Assembly: GCA_945862295.1 (NCBI GenBank)
Contig: CAMAXT010000003.1
Location: forward strand, 9,550 to 73,549
Direction: 5' to 3'
DNA from: Pseudobacteriovorax antillogorgiicola
GTDB lineage: Bacteria; Bdellovibrionota_B; Oligoflexia; Oligoflexales; CAIYRB01
DNA: 64,000 nt
Below are positions 1 through 10,133 of the stretch, piece by piece. Position 1 is the stretch's first letter, and each line of letters opens with the position of its first letter. The notes below the pieces were generated by a model. The model was not told the origin of the DNA, did not search any database, and saw only the letters and a program-made list of their open reading frames with translations. The position numbers and the translations under genes were made by a program.

Positions 1-354
1 TCTATTGCCGTCAACTACAGGGAGAACCCCAACATTATGATTGACCATTTTTTTTGCGGCCATAAGGAGTGATGCTCGCCGGTCAATAACCTCTAGGGAC
101 AGGGACATGATGTCTTTTGCCAACATTACCAACCTCCAACAAGTTTCTGGACATAGCCGAATTTTAAAAAGCAAGATTTGGACCAATAGAAACCGTTGAT
201 GTTTTTGCAGGCGATGGATCAAATCACGCGCCTGAATCAGCAAAAAGCTCAAACCACTCACAGCAAGCGGTACCAGGATTCCCGAATCTTACCAAATCAG
301 CTTTGCAGGTCTTGAGAAAACGCCAACTTTTTACTAATCTGTATTAAATAATCA

Positions 355-1068
355 TTGGTGGACTCAAATTTGGAAAACTGTCCTTGGCAGGGATTTCAAC
401 CGGCCACGATAAAATTTTGTGAAGACCAACTCTGCTCGTGGGTAACCCAACCAGCAAATACTTGGTCTAATATCGGTTTTGTTATCGTTGGAATTTTGAT
501 TTACCGGCGCGCTCAGGCAATGAAACAGGGTGGCCTGACGTTAATTGGCATCAGCAGTGTTCTTGTAGGTGTTGGCTCTGGCATGTTTCACGCCAGTAGC
601 ACGTTTCTGTTCGAGGTATTTGATCTACTAGGCATGTTTATGATCAGCGGCATCCTATTATGTTTTAATTTGCAGCGCCTCACTGGTATTTCAAACCGCA
701 TTAACACTGCTATCTATTTGGCTTTAAATGCCGCTTCAGCAGCATTGATGCTTATATGGCACCCATCAGGCATTGCGACATTTGCCGTGCAAATTGCAAT
801 AGCTTTAACCCTTGAGTTACTTCTCCATATCAGACGAGATGAGATATCCTATCGTCCTTTTCTGTATGTAACCGGAATTTTCACACTATCGTTTTTAATT
901 TGGGGTCTGGACATTAGTAAAATGGTTTGTGATCCACATAATCACATTCTCACTGGCCATGCCGTTTGGCATCTACTTAACGCAGCTGCAATCTTTTTCA
1001 TCTTCAAGTTCTACTCACAGTTCTCAACAACTAAAAAAGGACGTTTTAGTCTGGAGCCAAGAGCATGA
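355..1068 (+). CDS. Ceramidase-family (CREST superfamily) 7TM membrane hydrolase
   Basis: FCE...PANTWSN N-terminal motif, SGMFH (SxxxH), HAVWH (HxxWH) metal ligands, about 7 hydrophobic helices. Confidence 0.8.
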   Translation: MVDSNLENCPWQGFQPATIKFCEDQLCSWVTQPANTWSNIGFVIVGILIYRRAQAMKQGGLTLIGISSVLVGVGSGMFHASSTFLFEVFDLLGMFMISGILLCFNLQRLTGISNRINTAIYLALNAASAALMLIWHPSGIATFAVQIAIALTLELLLHIRRDEISYRPFLYVTGIFTLSFLIWGLDISKMVCDPHNHILTGHAVWHLLNAAAIFFIFKFYSQFSTTKKGRFSLEPRA

Positions 1069-1253
1069 TCGACCCATTAGTGCACAAAATACTTCTTGGC
1101 ACCATTGCATACGGGATCTGCCTGTGTCTCACCGCGGGAGGGTTTCAACTATATCGAAAAGAAAAAAAGAGCGCCATGTTTCTGCTATCAGCAGGAACAA
1201 TGATGCTCGTTTTATCAATCACAGTCAGAATCATACGTTCTAACACTATGTAG
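1065..1253 (+). CDS. Small two-helix membrane protein
   Basis: ATGA overlap with upstream stop; two hydrophobic segments flanking a basic loop. Confidence 0.55.
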   Translation: MIDPLVHKILLGTIAYGICLCLTAGGFQLYRKEKKSAMFLLSAGTMMLVLSITVRIIRSNTM

Positions 1254-1259
1254 ACAAAG

Positions 1260-3191
1260 TTAGCTTGGCTTCTGCGACTTGGCCCATTCGAGATTCTGCT
1301 TTAAAAAATCCCGCAACGCTTTGCCTTTAACAGCACGGTTATTCAAAAAACTGGTCGAAAGACGAATGAGTTCGTCCCAACGTTCAAACTTCAGATTCAT
1401 CGAAACACAGATTTCGATCGCAGATTTTCCGAGGTCCATCGCAGGAAAGTCATTTGCGATTGCCTCCATTAATGGCAATGATTCGGTATAATGGCCGTAA
1501 GTAAATAGGTCATGAGCAATCTGGTAGCGAAGGTTAAGGGCATTCTCAGCAGTTGGAACGATCCGCAGGTAGTCATTTGCTGCGACTGCGAACCGAGCCT
1601 TCAATTCTGGCAGTGCAATTGGCTTTTTGACCTCGCCCGGCGGTGGAACTTCAGAGAATGTGCCCTCTTCAATCAATTTGACTAAAATCTTGATGCGCTC
1701 AAAGGCAGCGACCTCTAATTGATCGCCGGCTTTTGCGCCCATGGTAACGATCGAATCTAGCTCATTAAGAGCGTCTTTCCAGCGTTCCTGGGCGAGCAGA
1801 GCTTCAGCTATCGACAAACGAATCGTCAGTAGTTTTGTACCATCTTTTTCTTTAGCAGCTTGTTTTTGGAGTTCAAGGATAGCTGCAGTCATGAGTTCTT
1901 TTTTTCGTTTAACATCCGGCTGCGCTTGGGCTGTGCTGAGTAAACGAAATCCTACCGTCGCTGGCAAAAGTTGATGCATCTTTACTGCGCGTGTCATGAC
2001 AGCTTGGTTTTCATGATGCTCATCATACCAGTCGCCTGTCGTGTCGGTAGTCAACTTTATGATCGCATCGAGTTCTTTTTGCATAGCTGCAACATTTCCA
2101 GCTGCGATGTAGGCATGAGCTAAACGCAGGTGAATGTCTGGACGCTCAATAGTCTCAGGATCTTCTTTAAACTTAGCTTCGTAGTAGGGAACTGCTTTGT
2201 CGAGCTTACCTTTGACAATCCAATCGAGAGCCTGCATGTCTTTAAACTGCACTATCTTCTTTTTCTCTCCGATTTTTTCGTAAAACGCCGTCGCCGCTGC
2301 TTCATCATCTAAAGTTGCCCAGAGCCAAGTCAAATCATTGATAGCTTCCTTGCGCAATTGAAAGAAAACTTCGGTATCTTCCTTCATCCCAATGACAACG
2401 AGCTGAAGTGCGGCCATTGCTTTTTTAAGATTGTCTTCTTTTTGTTTTTCCTCCGGTGTTAGGTACCGAATGAGGTAGGCCCATCCCAATCGGTAGGTCG
2501 CATAGTGCTTAAGTTCATCCTGTACAGGCTCTTTGCGTACGTCATCGTAAATCCTGATCGCTTCATCTAATTTCTTTTTACTCATCAACAAGTCAGCATG
2601 TGACAGCGAAGCTTTTCGGATCCACTCCGGGGTTTTACTTTGTTGCTTGGCTAGCTTTAGGTACATCTCAATGTGTTCGTTGCCAACCCTTGCCATAGCG
2701 CTACCAGTCATCCAATTGACTTGCGCGGTACGCAAATCCTTGGGGAAATTTGCAGCAAATTCTCGCATTTTATTCGATATTGCTAGGAGTTGTTCATTGA
2801 CGATGGTGAGTTTAAGTTCAGGTTTATTTAAAGTTTCACCAATCCACCAACGGTCAAAATCCTGATTATAGGTTTCGATTGCTCTGTGCTGTAAATAATT
2901 AGCCCGTTCAGTATGATAACGACCTAATTCAAAAAGGTAGGTCGCTCCTTGGATGGTTGCTTTTTCTTGCTGATACTTTGCTTCAAGACCCGTGATGATC
3001 GCCTGTCTTTTTTTCTCCGCCTCTAGCAATTGCTTATCATCCAGATCATCGTCCCAAGGAAGCAGCGTCGCATGCAAGGTAAACTGATCGGGAGCAGCAT
3101 CAATCAACTTCTCAGCCACCACACGTGACGATGATCCAAATGAAGGTGTTGTCAGACAAAAAACCGAAACAAAAAGAACAACAAAATTCAT
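1260..3191 (-). CDS. Secreted tetratricopeptide-repeat protein (possibly related to gliding-motility TPR proteins)
   Basis: Long helical ORF with TPR-like units (YATYRLGWAY, IHLRLAHAYI, LRYQIAHDLFTYGHY); signal-peptide-like start MNFVVLFVSVFCL at 3191 (ORF track starts 3281). Confidence 0.7.
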   Translation of the reverse strand: MNFVVLFVSVFCLTTPSFGSSSRVVAEKLIDAAPDQFTLHATLLPWDDDLDDKQLLEAEKKRQAIITGLEAKYQQEKATIQGATYLFELGRYHTERANYLQHRAIETYNQDFDRWWIGETLNKPELKLTIVNEQLLAISNKMREFAANFPKDLRTAQVNWMTGSAMARVGNEHIEMYLKLAKQQSKTPEWIRKASLSHADLLMSKKKLDEAIRIYDDVRKEPVQDELKHYATYRLGWAYLIRYLTPEEKQKEDNLKKAMAALQLVVIGMKEDTEVFFQLRKEAINDLTWLWATLDDEAAATAFYEKIGEKKKIVQFKDMQALDWIVKGKLDKAVPYYEAKFKEDPETIERPDIHLRLAHAYIAAGNVAAMQKELDAIIKLTTDTTGDWYDEHHENQAVMTRAVKMHQLLPATVGFRLLSTAQAQPDVKRKKELMTAAILELQKQAAKEKDGTKLLTIRLSIAEALLAQERWKDALNELDSIVTMGAKAGDQLEVAAFERIKILVKLIEEGTFSEVPPPGEVKKPIALPELKARFAVAANDYLRIVPTAENALNLRYQIAHDLFTYGHYTESLPLMEAIANDFPAMDLGKSAIEICVSMNLKFERWDELIRLSTSFLNNRAVKGKALRDFLKQNLEWAKSQKPS

Positions 3192-3509
3192 GGCAGTCCC
3201 AAATATAGATGGCATAAATATACTTAGATTATAGCAGATACTCGGTGTGTTTTTCTTAACCCGACCTCGCAGATTTAACAAAATAGGAAAAAAGACACGG
3301 AAAAACCCATGTTAATTCTCGTCGGGCAACACCATGCTAGCAAATTATTTAAATATTACAGCCCCTTACATGGACGGCGGTCAGCGGATCTTGTTGACAC
3401 CCATGAGCCGATGTGGTTCCATTCTATTTCTCATATTCAGATGTGTAAAACAGATCGCACCCATTCCCTTTGTTAGTCAAAAGGGTGAGACACTACAAGG
3501 AGCTACTCG

Positions 3510-4091
3510 ATGGCAGTTTTAGTTGGAAAAAATGCACCAGATTTTAAAGCAACAGCAGTTGTAAACGGCGATTTTAAACAAGTCAGCCTGAGCGACTACA
3601 AAGGAAAATTCGTCCTTTTGTTTTTCTACCCGCTCGATTTCACATTTGTTTGCCCAACTGAAATGCACGCATTTCAGGATAAAGCGGACGCTTTCAAGAA
3701 ACTAAACACAGAAATCATCGGCGTTTCTGTTGATAGTCAGTTTTCTCACCTGGCATGGTTGAACACTAAGCGCGAAGATGGCGGTATCGAAGGCGTTAAA
3801 TATCCGATCGTCGCTGACATCAACAAAACTATCGCTCGTGACTACGATGTTCTTATTCCAGACGCTGGTATCGCTCTTCGCGGCGCATTCCTCATCGACA
3901 AACAAGGTAAAGTTCGTCACCAAACAGTCAACGACCTACCACTAGGCCGTAACATCGATGAATTCCTGCGTTTGGTTGAAGCACTACAATTCCACGAAGA
4001 GCATGGCGAAGTTTGCCCAGCTAACTGGAAAAAAGGCGACAAATCAATGAAGGCTGACCAAGCTGGTCTAAAAGCTTATTTCAAAAAATGA
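3510..4091 (+). CDS. ahpC: Typical 2-Cys peroxiredoxin (AhpC/TsaA)
   Basis: [13 protein letters not shown] peroxidatic motif and GEVCPANW resolving motif; AAGGAG RBS upstream. Confidence 0.95.
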   Translation: MAVLVGKNAPDFKATAVVNGDFKQVSLSDYKGKFVLLFFYPLDFTFVCPTEMHAFQDKADAFKKLNTEIIGVSVDSQFSHLAWLNTKREDGGIEGVKYPIVADINKTIARDYDVLIPDAGIALRGAFLIDKQGKVRHQTVNDLPLGRNIDEFLRLVEALQFHEEHGEVCPANWKKGDKSMKADQAGLKAYFKK

Positions 4092-4110
4092 GCTATGTAA
4101 GTTAAATACG

Positions 4111-4144
4111 AAATCCCAACCCTAAAACGGGTTGGGATTTTTTA
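4111..4144 (+). terminator. Rho-independent terminator, possibly bidirectional
   Basis: Perfect 12-bp stem aaatcccaaccc/gggttgggattt, 6-nt loop, T-run after; lies between convergent genes. Confidence 0.85.
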
Positions 4145-4168
4145 TGTCTAAGGAGCTGTTTAATAACA

Positions 4169-5839
4169 TTACTGAATCAAACTAATTCCAGGTTTGCCCT
4201 TTTGCATCGTCAACAAAAGAAGGGAGCAGATATCATCTGAGTTTATCTTTTCGGAATGGTTGCTATCTCCAAGTACCCCGATCACCTGCGTTGACGCCGT
4301 AAACGGCTTCCAATCTTCCCAGCCCGACCCTGATTGGACGTTGCCAGTGTAAGCAAAATGCGTCCAAAGTCTCCCAATTTTCTCTTGAAACTTTAAATGC
4401 GGACCGACTCCCGGCAACCATGCAAAGGGTGGAACCTGCTGAAACACATAAAAAAGTTCCATCCCATGAAAGCTACCTTTTACCCAGCGGTCCATGACAT
4501 CAAAAATATTTTTTTCGAACTGATAGAGATAAACCGGTGAGGTCTGGGCACTCGAGAAAAGCCCGGCGTAATAGCGAGCACGACAACCGAAATGGTAATC
4601 CGTTTTCAGTCTAGCTAGCAGTGGCTCGTAAGACTTAACCTTGCCTTGCTCATAGTGAGCTTTAATCTTGGCTTTAGTTGTTTCATCTATTTTCCAGTTC
4701 TTAAAGAGCAATTCCCAGTTATCTTTTGAATCTTTCATCATAAAAGTCGGTATCTCTTGTTGGTTCGTTCCGATGAGAATCGGGATATCCATATGGCGCT
4801 TTGCCTTGATGACTTCATCTGGATACTCAGTAAAAAATGCTCCGTCAAAGACCGGCGAGAAATAGAAGTTATCTAGAGACGGTGATTGATAATCCATCTC
4901 AGGTTCTGCTTTAGAAATCCTTTCAAGAGACATCTCAACTAAACAAGACGCCTTAACCTTGCCGTCCGAATGTCGATTGCAGCCAAGTTTTTGAATCAGA
5001 TACTTACTAACTTCTTTCGCGTACTCCGTTGATGAGATCCAACAGGTTCCGCTTTGTAAGATCGCTTTTTGGAAAAGCCCTTTCGCATCGGGATGAGCAA
5101 TGAGATTACAAAGACTCATTGCACCTGAAGAAGAGCCAAAAGCAGTCACATTGTTCAAGTCTCCACCAAAGGCACCGATGTTAGCCTTTACCCATGCGAA
5201 CGCTTGTAACTGATCCAGGTGTCCTAAATTTCCTACAGCTGGTTCGCGCTGCGCCAAATCAGGGTCATACATGAAGCCGCTGGTGCCAGTTCGGTAGTTA
5301 ATTGATACGACAATAACGTTACCAAGATCAGCCAAGCGTTCACCGTTGTAGATCGGTAATCCAAATGGTGTCCAAGAGGACGATCCCACCTGAAAACCAC
5401 CACCAGGCATAAAAACCATTACAGGTAGTTTTACAGTATCTTTCGTATGCATCGCCTTCTTCGGAACCCATATGTTCAAATTCAAACAGTCAGGGCCACC
5501 AGAAAAACTGCGAGTAAACATCGCATCGGAATTAAATTTATCCATATGGGGACAAGATGTTCCATACGAATGAGCTTTTAAGGTTTTATACTTTCCAACC
5601 AAAGTTGGTTTACGCCAGCGAAGATCATCAACAAAGGGAGCAGCATAAGGTATGCCTAGAAAGGCAATTGCGTCAGCGCTTTCAAGACCGTTAACTGTAC
5701 CATCAGCGATCACCACGTCGTGAGATTTCTTCAGTGCTTTCTTGGCAAAGACATATGGACAATAAGCGATTACAACCGCTAATAGTAGGTATCGAAGACG
5801 AAAGAAAGACTTCACGGGAAAGACCCACCATATTGACAA
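4169..5839 (-). CDS. Secreted type-B carboxylesterase (COesterase family)
   Basis: FLGIPYA, DCLNLNIWVP, PVMVFMPGGGF, NYRTG, GSSSG nucleophile elbow, FHGMEL catalytic His region. Confidence 0.9.
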   Translation of the reverse strand: MSIWWVFPVKSFFRLRYLLLAVVIAYCPYVFAKKALKKSHDVVIADGTVNGLESADAIAFLGIPYAAPFVDDLRWRKPTLVGKYKTLKAHSYGTSCPHMDKFNSDAMFTRSFSGGPDCLNLNIWVPKKAMHTKDTVKLPVMVFMPGGGFQVGSSSWTPFGLPIYNGERLADLGNVIVVSINYRTGTSGFMYDPDLAQREPAVGNLGHLDQLQAFAWVKANIGAFGGDLNNVTAFGSSSGAMSLCNLIAHPDAKGLFQKAILQSGTCWISSTEYAKEVSKYLIQKLGCNRHSDGKVKASCLVEMSLERISKAEPEMDYQSPSLDNFYFSPVFDGAFFTEYPDEVIKAKRHMDIPILIGTNQQEIPTFMMKDSKDNWELLFKNWKIDETTKAKIKAHYEQGKVKSYEPLLARLKTDYHFGCRARYYAGLFSSAQTSPVYLYQFEKNIFDVMDRWVKGSFHGMELFYVFQQVPPFAWLPGVGPHLKFQEKIGRLWTHFAYTGNVQSGSGWEDWKPFTASTQVIGVLGDSNHSEKINSDDICSLLLLTMQKGKPGISLIQ

Positions 5840-5878
5840 CTAGACTTATTTATTAGTTGCCCTGATAACAGAGCAATT

Positions 5879-8515
5879 CTACCACCGGTTCCACTCTACA
5901 CCAAAACTGTAATGCACATAGGGTTCCCTCATCGAGACCTCATCTGCAAATGGTAGCGTTCTGACTGCAGTAGCTGAAAGAAGGAACTCACTTGGCAACG
6001 ACTCAGGCAGACGGTACTGCATCGAAAGGCTAGAGAGAGCCTCAAAATATTCTTGTCCCGCAATGTATTTCAAACGATGGTTGTATGCACCTCGCAGCTG
6101 CCAAGTCCGGGAGCTGCCAAATGTCGTTAGCCCCTCCAACCGAAAGGGCAGCACGAGAGCCGACTGTTGAGGCACAAATTTTTCAGTTCGGCTTTTTCGC
6201 CAGTTAACATCAAAATCAGCGCCGACGGAAAAAAACAGATAGTCTAGATAGAGTCGACTGGACGCCAAATTAAACAAAATGGAGCCACCTGCTACCGTGC
6301 TATGCATCATGTCTTGTTCGGAATCGTTCTTAAGATTTAACAGACTCAAACCGATGCCAATTTTTCCCTGCTCGGAAAAGTAAGAGGGCACCTCATAAAG
6401 ACGTTCTTTAAATTTTCTGATTTCAAGTGCCGTCAATTGCCATCTAAATGCATCACCGCCGTCAGAATTAGGCATAAACGACTCGAATTTGAACTCGCCA
6501 AGTCGCACAGATGTCCCGCGCTGCATTGATTGACTAGCAACCGATCCAGCCTCCTGTTTATGCACAGCGAAGCCAACGAATAGGCCCTTATGCCGACTTT
6601 TTTCCGCATGTGCCACGCCTACAGAAACGGAAGATAACTGAGTATTTTGGGAGCCGGCTACGGCATCTGCACTTTCTTCATCGCGCACCGACTCACTAAT
6701 CAGAACATTGGTATCAACAGTATCTCCATAGACGACATCACCATATTTACTAAACAGCTCTTTCTGGCTAGATCGCAAAAACTCGGTGACCTTCGACGTA
6801 TAGTTTTCGCAGCGCTGGCTTCGGTCAAGATAGGAAAGCTCAGCGTCCTGTCCCAATGCAGCAAGTTGGTAAAATGCACCTGCTTGTTCTGGGGACACAT
6901 CATGCCTTGATTTGAGTTTCTGCCAGCTAGAAAGGCGAAGAGCTTCTTTCGCTGCCATAACATCACCCAAACCAGAGGTTCCTAATCTGGCCCGGAGTTC
7001 TTCCTGGGCAATATGACCTTTCTTTCGGTAGCTATAAAAAGACGGGAATATCTGTTCCGCCAAACCTTTGCGGATCATTAATGCAACAAGTGAATTGGGC
7101 GGCACAACGAAGGGATCAAATTCTGCAATCTCTCTGACACCTATACCCTCGCCAATGATCTGGACAAGAATAGAAGCGCAGTTGCGATCGAAAAAATAGT
7201 ACTTCGATTTAAAATTATGTTTGGCGGTGTAAAGGCGATTGATCAGAGATTTTTTTTGTTCGTCAGAAAGATTGAGTTTGAACCGCAATAAATTTCTGTC
7301 TTGATCGATCGTGTATGTTTTTACTGCTTGATAAAGTGTCTGTCGATCATAGACTGTAAGAAATCCGCCACTCAATCCTTTCAATGCCTGAACTATCGAC
7401 CTCATCGCGTCATGATCTTCACGAATAGCTTGGCCAAAATTGAACCATGACTGTCGGCATTCAGCTGGAAGCGCATCCGTGCGCGCACTTGGTTTTGCCG
7501 GGCTATCGGATTCCGTATCTGCAAGAAAAGAGATGACTAAGTCGTTAGGATTTTCGACACCGAGTTTTTCCGCTTCAGAGTTATTGCGCATCCGAACGCG
7601 TAAAATCAAGTGGCCTGCAATCTCAGCCGCATCGTTTACACCCGGGGTTGCATAAAGTAGTTCGAATCCTTCAACGGTATCAGTATTAAACTGTCCCATC
7701 GGAATCCGTCGGCGCGTGATCGGATCAAGAAACGTAACGTCATCAAGAAAGCCGTCATCACTGGTTTGACAGGCCAGCTTCACCGCCTCTGCGAATGGCT
7801 CGAAACTCGGAAACTGAAGTTTAAAAAATTCATATTTATCAGCTATGCGGCACTTAACTGAGTGTTCCGGGCTTGTCTCATTGTCGACGAAGAAAAATTC
7901 TCCAAACGTCGCGAAGTCTTCCTCTGGACTTGCCATCCCTTCATCACGCGCATAATTACGCGGGTCCTGATTGAGGGCCTCTCGGGTAAAAGGAATCTTG
8001 ATGCCAAAGTATTCCCGGTAACGCCAACCGCTGATATTGCGCCACTGATGAATCCGGCTGATTTTTTGATCTGAATCATACAAATGCAGAAGGTGATGAA
8101 CAATCTTACGCTTAAAGTACAATGTGAATTGGGTTGTCTCTAATTGATTTAGGCCGTCATCTGCCAGTTTCTTTGTCAAATGGTCTGCGTCATGCAGCTG
8201 AATTTTTATTTGAAAATTCAGCGGCCAGGGAGCTAGGTGGGTATCGGTTCTCCCAGGTTTGCCGTAAGACTTAAATAGTCGCGCTTTTGATCCTGGGACT
8301 TTCTTCGCAGCCTGTGACACCGATTCTGGAAGACTTGCTAAAAGTTCTTCGACGGCGGCTATTTCAAAACTCTGCCAGCGGCCCGGCCCATCGGTATCGA
8401 TAAGTGCGATACCGTATTTTGCTTCCACCTCATTACGACCAGCAAACGCTGTCGCACTGACAAGTAAAACGACAGCAGCGACTAATACCTTAGCTATTGA
8501 GATTTGGCACGACAT
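5879..8515 (-). CDS. DUF4105/Lnb-like protein: degenerate zincin-like N-domain, Cys/His papain-like domain, C-terminal beta-barrel
   Basis: GHLILR and YYFFDRNCAS motifs typical of DUF4105; amphipathic beta strands ending FGVEWNRW; signal peptide from ATG 8515. Confidence 0.75.
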   Translation of the reverse strand: MSCQISIAKVLVAAVVLLVSATAFAGRNEVEAKYGIALIDTDGPGRWQSFEIAAVEELLASLPESVSQAAKKVPGSKARLFKSYGKPGRTDTHLAPWPLNFQIKIQLHDADHLTKKLADDGLNQLETTQFTLYFKRKIVHHLLHLYDSDQKISRIHQWRNISGWRYREYFGIKIPFTREALNQDPRNYARDEGMASPEEDFATFGEFFFVDNETSPEHSVKCRIADKYEFFKLQFPSFEPFAEAVKLACQTSDDGFLDDVTFLDPITRRRIPMGQFNTDTVEGFELLYATPGVNDAAEIAGHLILRVRMRNNSEAEKLGVENPNDLVISFLADTESDSPAKPSARTDALPAECRQSWFNFGQAIREDHDAMRSIVQALKGLSGGFLTVYDRQTLYQAVKTYTIDQDRNLLRFKLNLSDEQKKSLINRLYTAKHNFKSKYYFFDRNCASILVQIIGEGIGVREIAEFDPFVVPPNSLVALMIRKGLAEQIFPSFYSYRKKGHIAQEELRARLGTSGLGDVMAAKEALRLSSWQKLKSRHDVSPEQAGAFYQLAALGQDAELSYLDRSQRCENYTSKVTEFLRSSQKELFSKYGDVVYGDTVDTNVLISESVRDEESADAVAGSQNTQLSSVSVGVAHAEKSRHKGLFVGFAVHKQEAGSVASQSMQRGTSVRLGEFKFESFMPNSDGGDAFRWQLTALEIRKFKERLYEVPSYFSEQGKIGIGLSLLNLKNDSEQDMMHSTVAGGSILFNLASSRLYLDYLFFSVGADFDVNWRKSRTEKFVPQQSALVLPFRLEGLTTFGSSRTWQLRGAYNHRLKYIAGQEYFEALSSLSMQYRLPESLPSEFLLSATAVRTLPFADEVSMREPYVHYSFGVEWNRW

Positions 8516-9953
8516 AGGTGAGTAACCTAACGAGTTCACTTCGAGTTGGACGGTTTGGGACATGTTTCATAATGGTAACTGCCAACTGATCTGGAGTCAC
8601 GCCCAATCGGCCTGCAAAAAGATTGAGCGTCGCACCGCGTCTACTAAATGCTTCCTGCACCAGGCGGTCCGCGACTTCAGGTTCGAGGGCTAAGTCTTTA
8701 TCGAAAGACGTCAGCTTTGTAGTGCTTTCAAGAGACGAATCAAGGACAGCGCTGACCGCTAAAACGCCGTCGCCTAATTTTTCAGTTCCCACTGTTGTAC
8801 TGCGGTAAGTAGCCACACCCGAACGTAAGGTAGCTCGCGAGGTATCGCCTGTCACAGCACTAGTTGATTCGCTAACACGGGTAGACGACGCCGCTGATGG
8901 TTTGGTTGAATTTTCATAGGAAAATCTCGCTGACGCCACAGTCGCATCAGTTGTCGATTTCGCAGTCACTTTGCTCGAGTGACGAGCTACATCGGAAGAC
9001 GGCTTAGTCGAATAGTCATAGGAAGCCATCACACTGGCATTTGTCGCATTACTGGATGACTCAGTCACGGTTGTCGAGAGGTTTGTTGTCGCACCGCTTG
9101 CGGCAGTCGTACCGTTAGTCGTCGGCTTGGCAGTGTTATTCCATGTGCTTTTACTTACGTCCGAAGTTGCATTTGCAGTCGCCATTGAGATATCGCCCGT
9201 TTTATCTGAGACTCTCGTTGTTAATTCACTAGCAGCCGTTGATGTATTTTTTGTTGGCGCAGTCGAGTATTTATGGGTGCCTTTGGTAGCATCAAAACTT
9301 ACTTCGGTTGTAAAGTCAGTGGTATTAACCGAAGCCTTTGTCGCGACAGTTGAAACATCAGAGGTCGCATTACTGGCTTTCGTCGAGAACTCCTCAATCG
9401 GTTTAGTCGAGTTTTGATAGGTAAATGTTACGGTCGCCCCAGTGACATCAGACACAGCGCCCGTAGTTGCACCGGTCGACTTAAGCGATGATTCAGTAAG
9501 TCTAGACGAGCCGTTCGAAGCTTTTGTCGTACCTTCAGAGGTTGCTTCAGACACATCAGAAGAAAATTCGCTCGTCGGTTTTGATGAATTTTTATAGGTG
9601 GCAACAGTCGCATTTGACGTAAGATCGGATGTCGCATTAGATGCTTTCGAAGAATTCCGACTCGCATTTGTTGAAACATCAGAAGACGCGTCCGATGCTT
9701 TAGTCGAAAATTCTGCAGTCTGCTTGGTTGATTGGTCATAAGTGACGCGGCTCGTTGCCTGGCTGCCGTCGGTAGTCATTTCTGAAGTATTTGTTGTAGC
9801 GTTTGCGACAGGCTTAGTCGATTTTCTGTAAGTGTTATCAGTAGTCGAAACGAACGAGTTACCGGTTATTGTAAAAGGTCCTGAGTAAGCTGTATGGCTC
9901 GTGAGAAGCATGACGACGGAAGTTGCGATCAGTGTGTTTCTTATAGTCTGCAT
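8490..9953 (-). CDS. Secreted Thr/Ser/Ala-rich repeat protein with a DUF3015/DUF2388-like C-terminal domain
   Basis: Signal peptide, AAGGA RBS, recurring [TS]YxxSTKP motif; helical C-terminus LVQEAFSRRGATLNLFAGRLG; overlaps the start of the DUF4105 gene. Confidence 0.7.
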   Translation of the reverse strand: MQTIRNTLIATSVVMLLTSHTAYSGPFTITGNSFVSTTDNTYRKSTKPVANATTNTSEMTTDGSQATSRVTYDQSTKQTAEFSTKASDASSDVSTNASRNSSKASNATSDLTSNATVATYKNSSKPTSEFSSDVSEATSEGTTKASNGSSRLTESSLKSTGATTGAVSDVTGATVTFTYQNSTKPIEEFSTKASNATSDVSTVATKASVNTTDFTTEVSFDATKGTHKYSTAPTKNTSTAASELTTRVSDKTGDISMATANATSDVSKSTWNNTAKPTTNGTTAASGATTNLSTTVTESSSNATNASVMASYDYSTKPSSDVARHSSKVTAKSTTDATVASARFSYENSTKPSAASSTRVSESTSAVTGDTSRATLRSGVATYRSTTVGTEKLGDGVLAVSAVLDSSLESTTKLTSFDKDLALEPEVADRLVQEAFSRRGATLNLFAGRLGVTPDQLAVTIMKHVPNRPTRSELVRLLTYVVPNLNS

Positions 9954-10080
9954 GTGTCGGTCCTTTTAATAAGTCTACCTATACAGATACAAGCAAAGTG
10001 CCAAAGGGAATACCTGCGATAATAGGCAGTTGCCTGCCCGAACACTTCAAATAGGTGTGTTCAAGAGGACGCAGTGTTAC

Positions 10081-10110
10081 AAAAAAACCCGCTTTGAAAC
10101 AAAGCGGGTT
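10081..10110 (-). terminator. Rho-independent terminator of the LRR lipoprotein gene
   Basis: Stem aacccgctttg/caaagcgggtt, followed on the minus strand by a T-run. Confidence 0.8.
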
Positions 10111-10133
10111 GTCATTAAAAAATTTAAAATAGA

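Noticed and set aside
1-354. Possible gene end or RNA element at the window start
   Set aside because: No recognisable motif or structure
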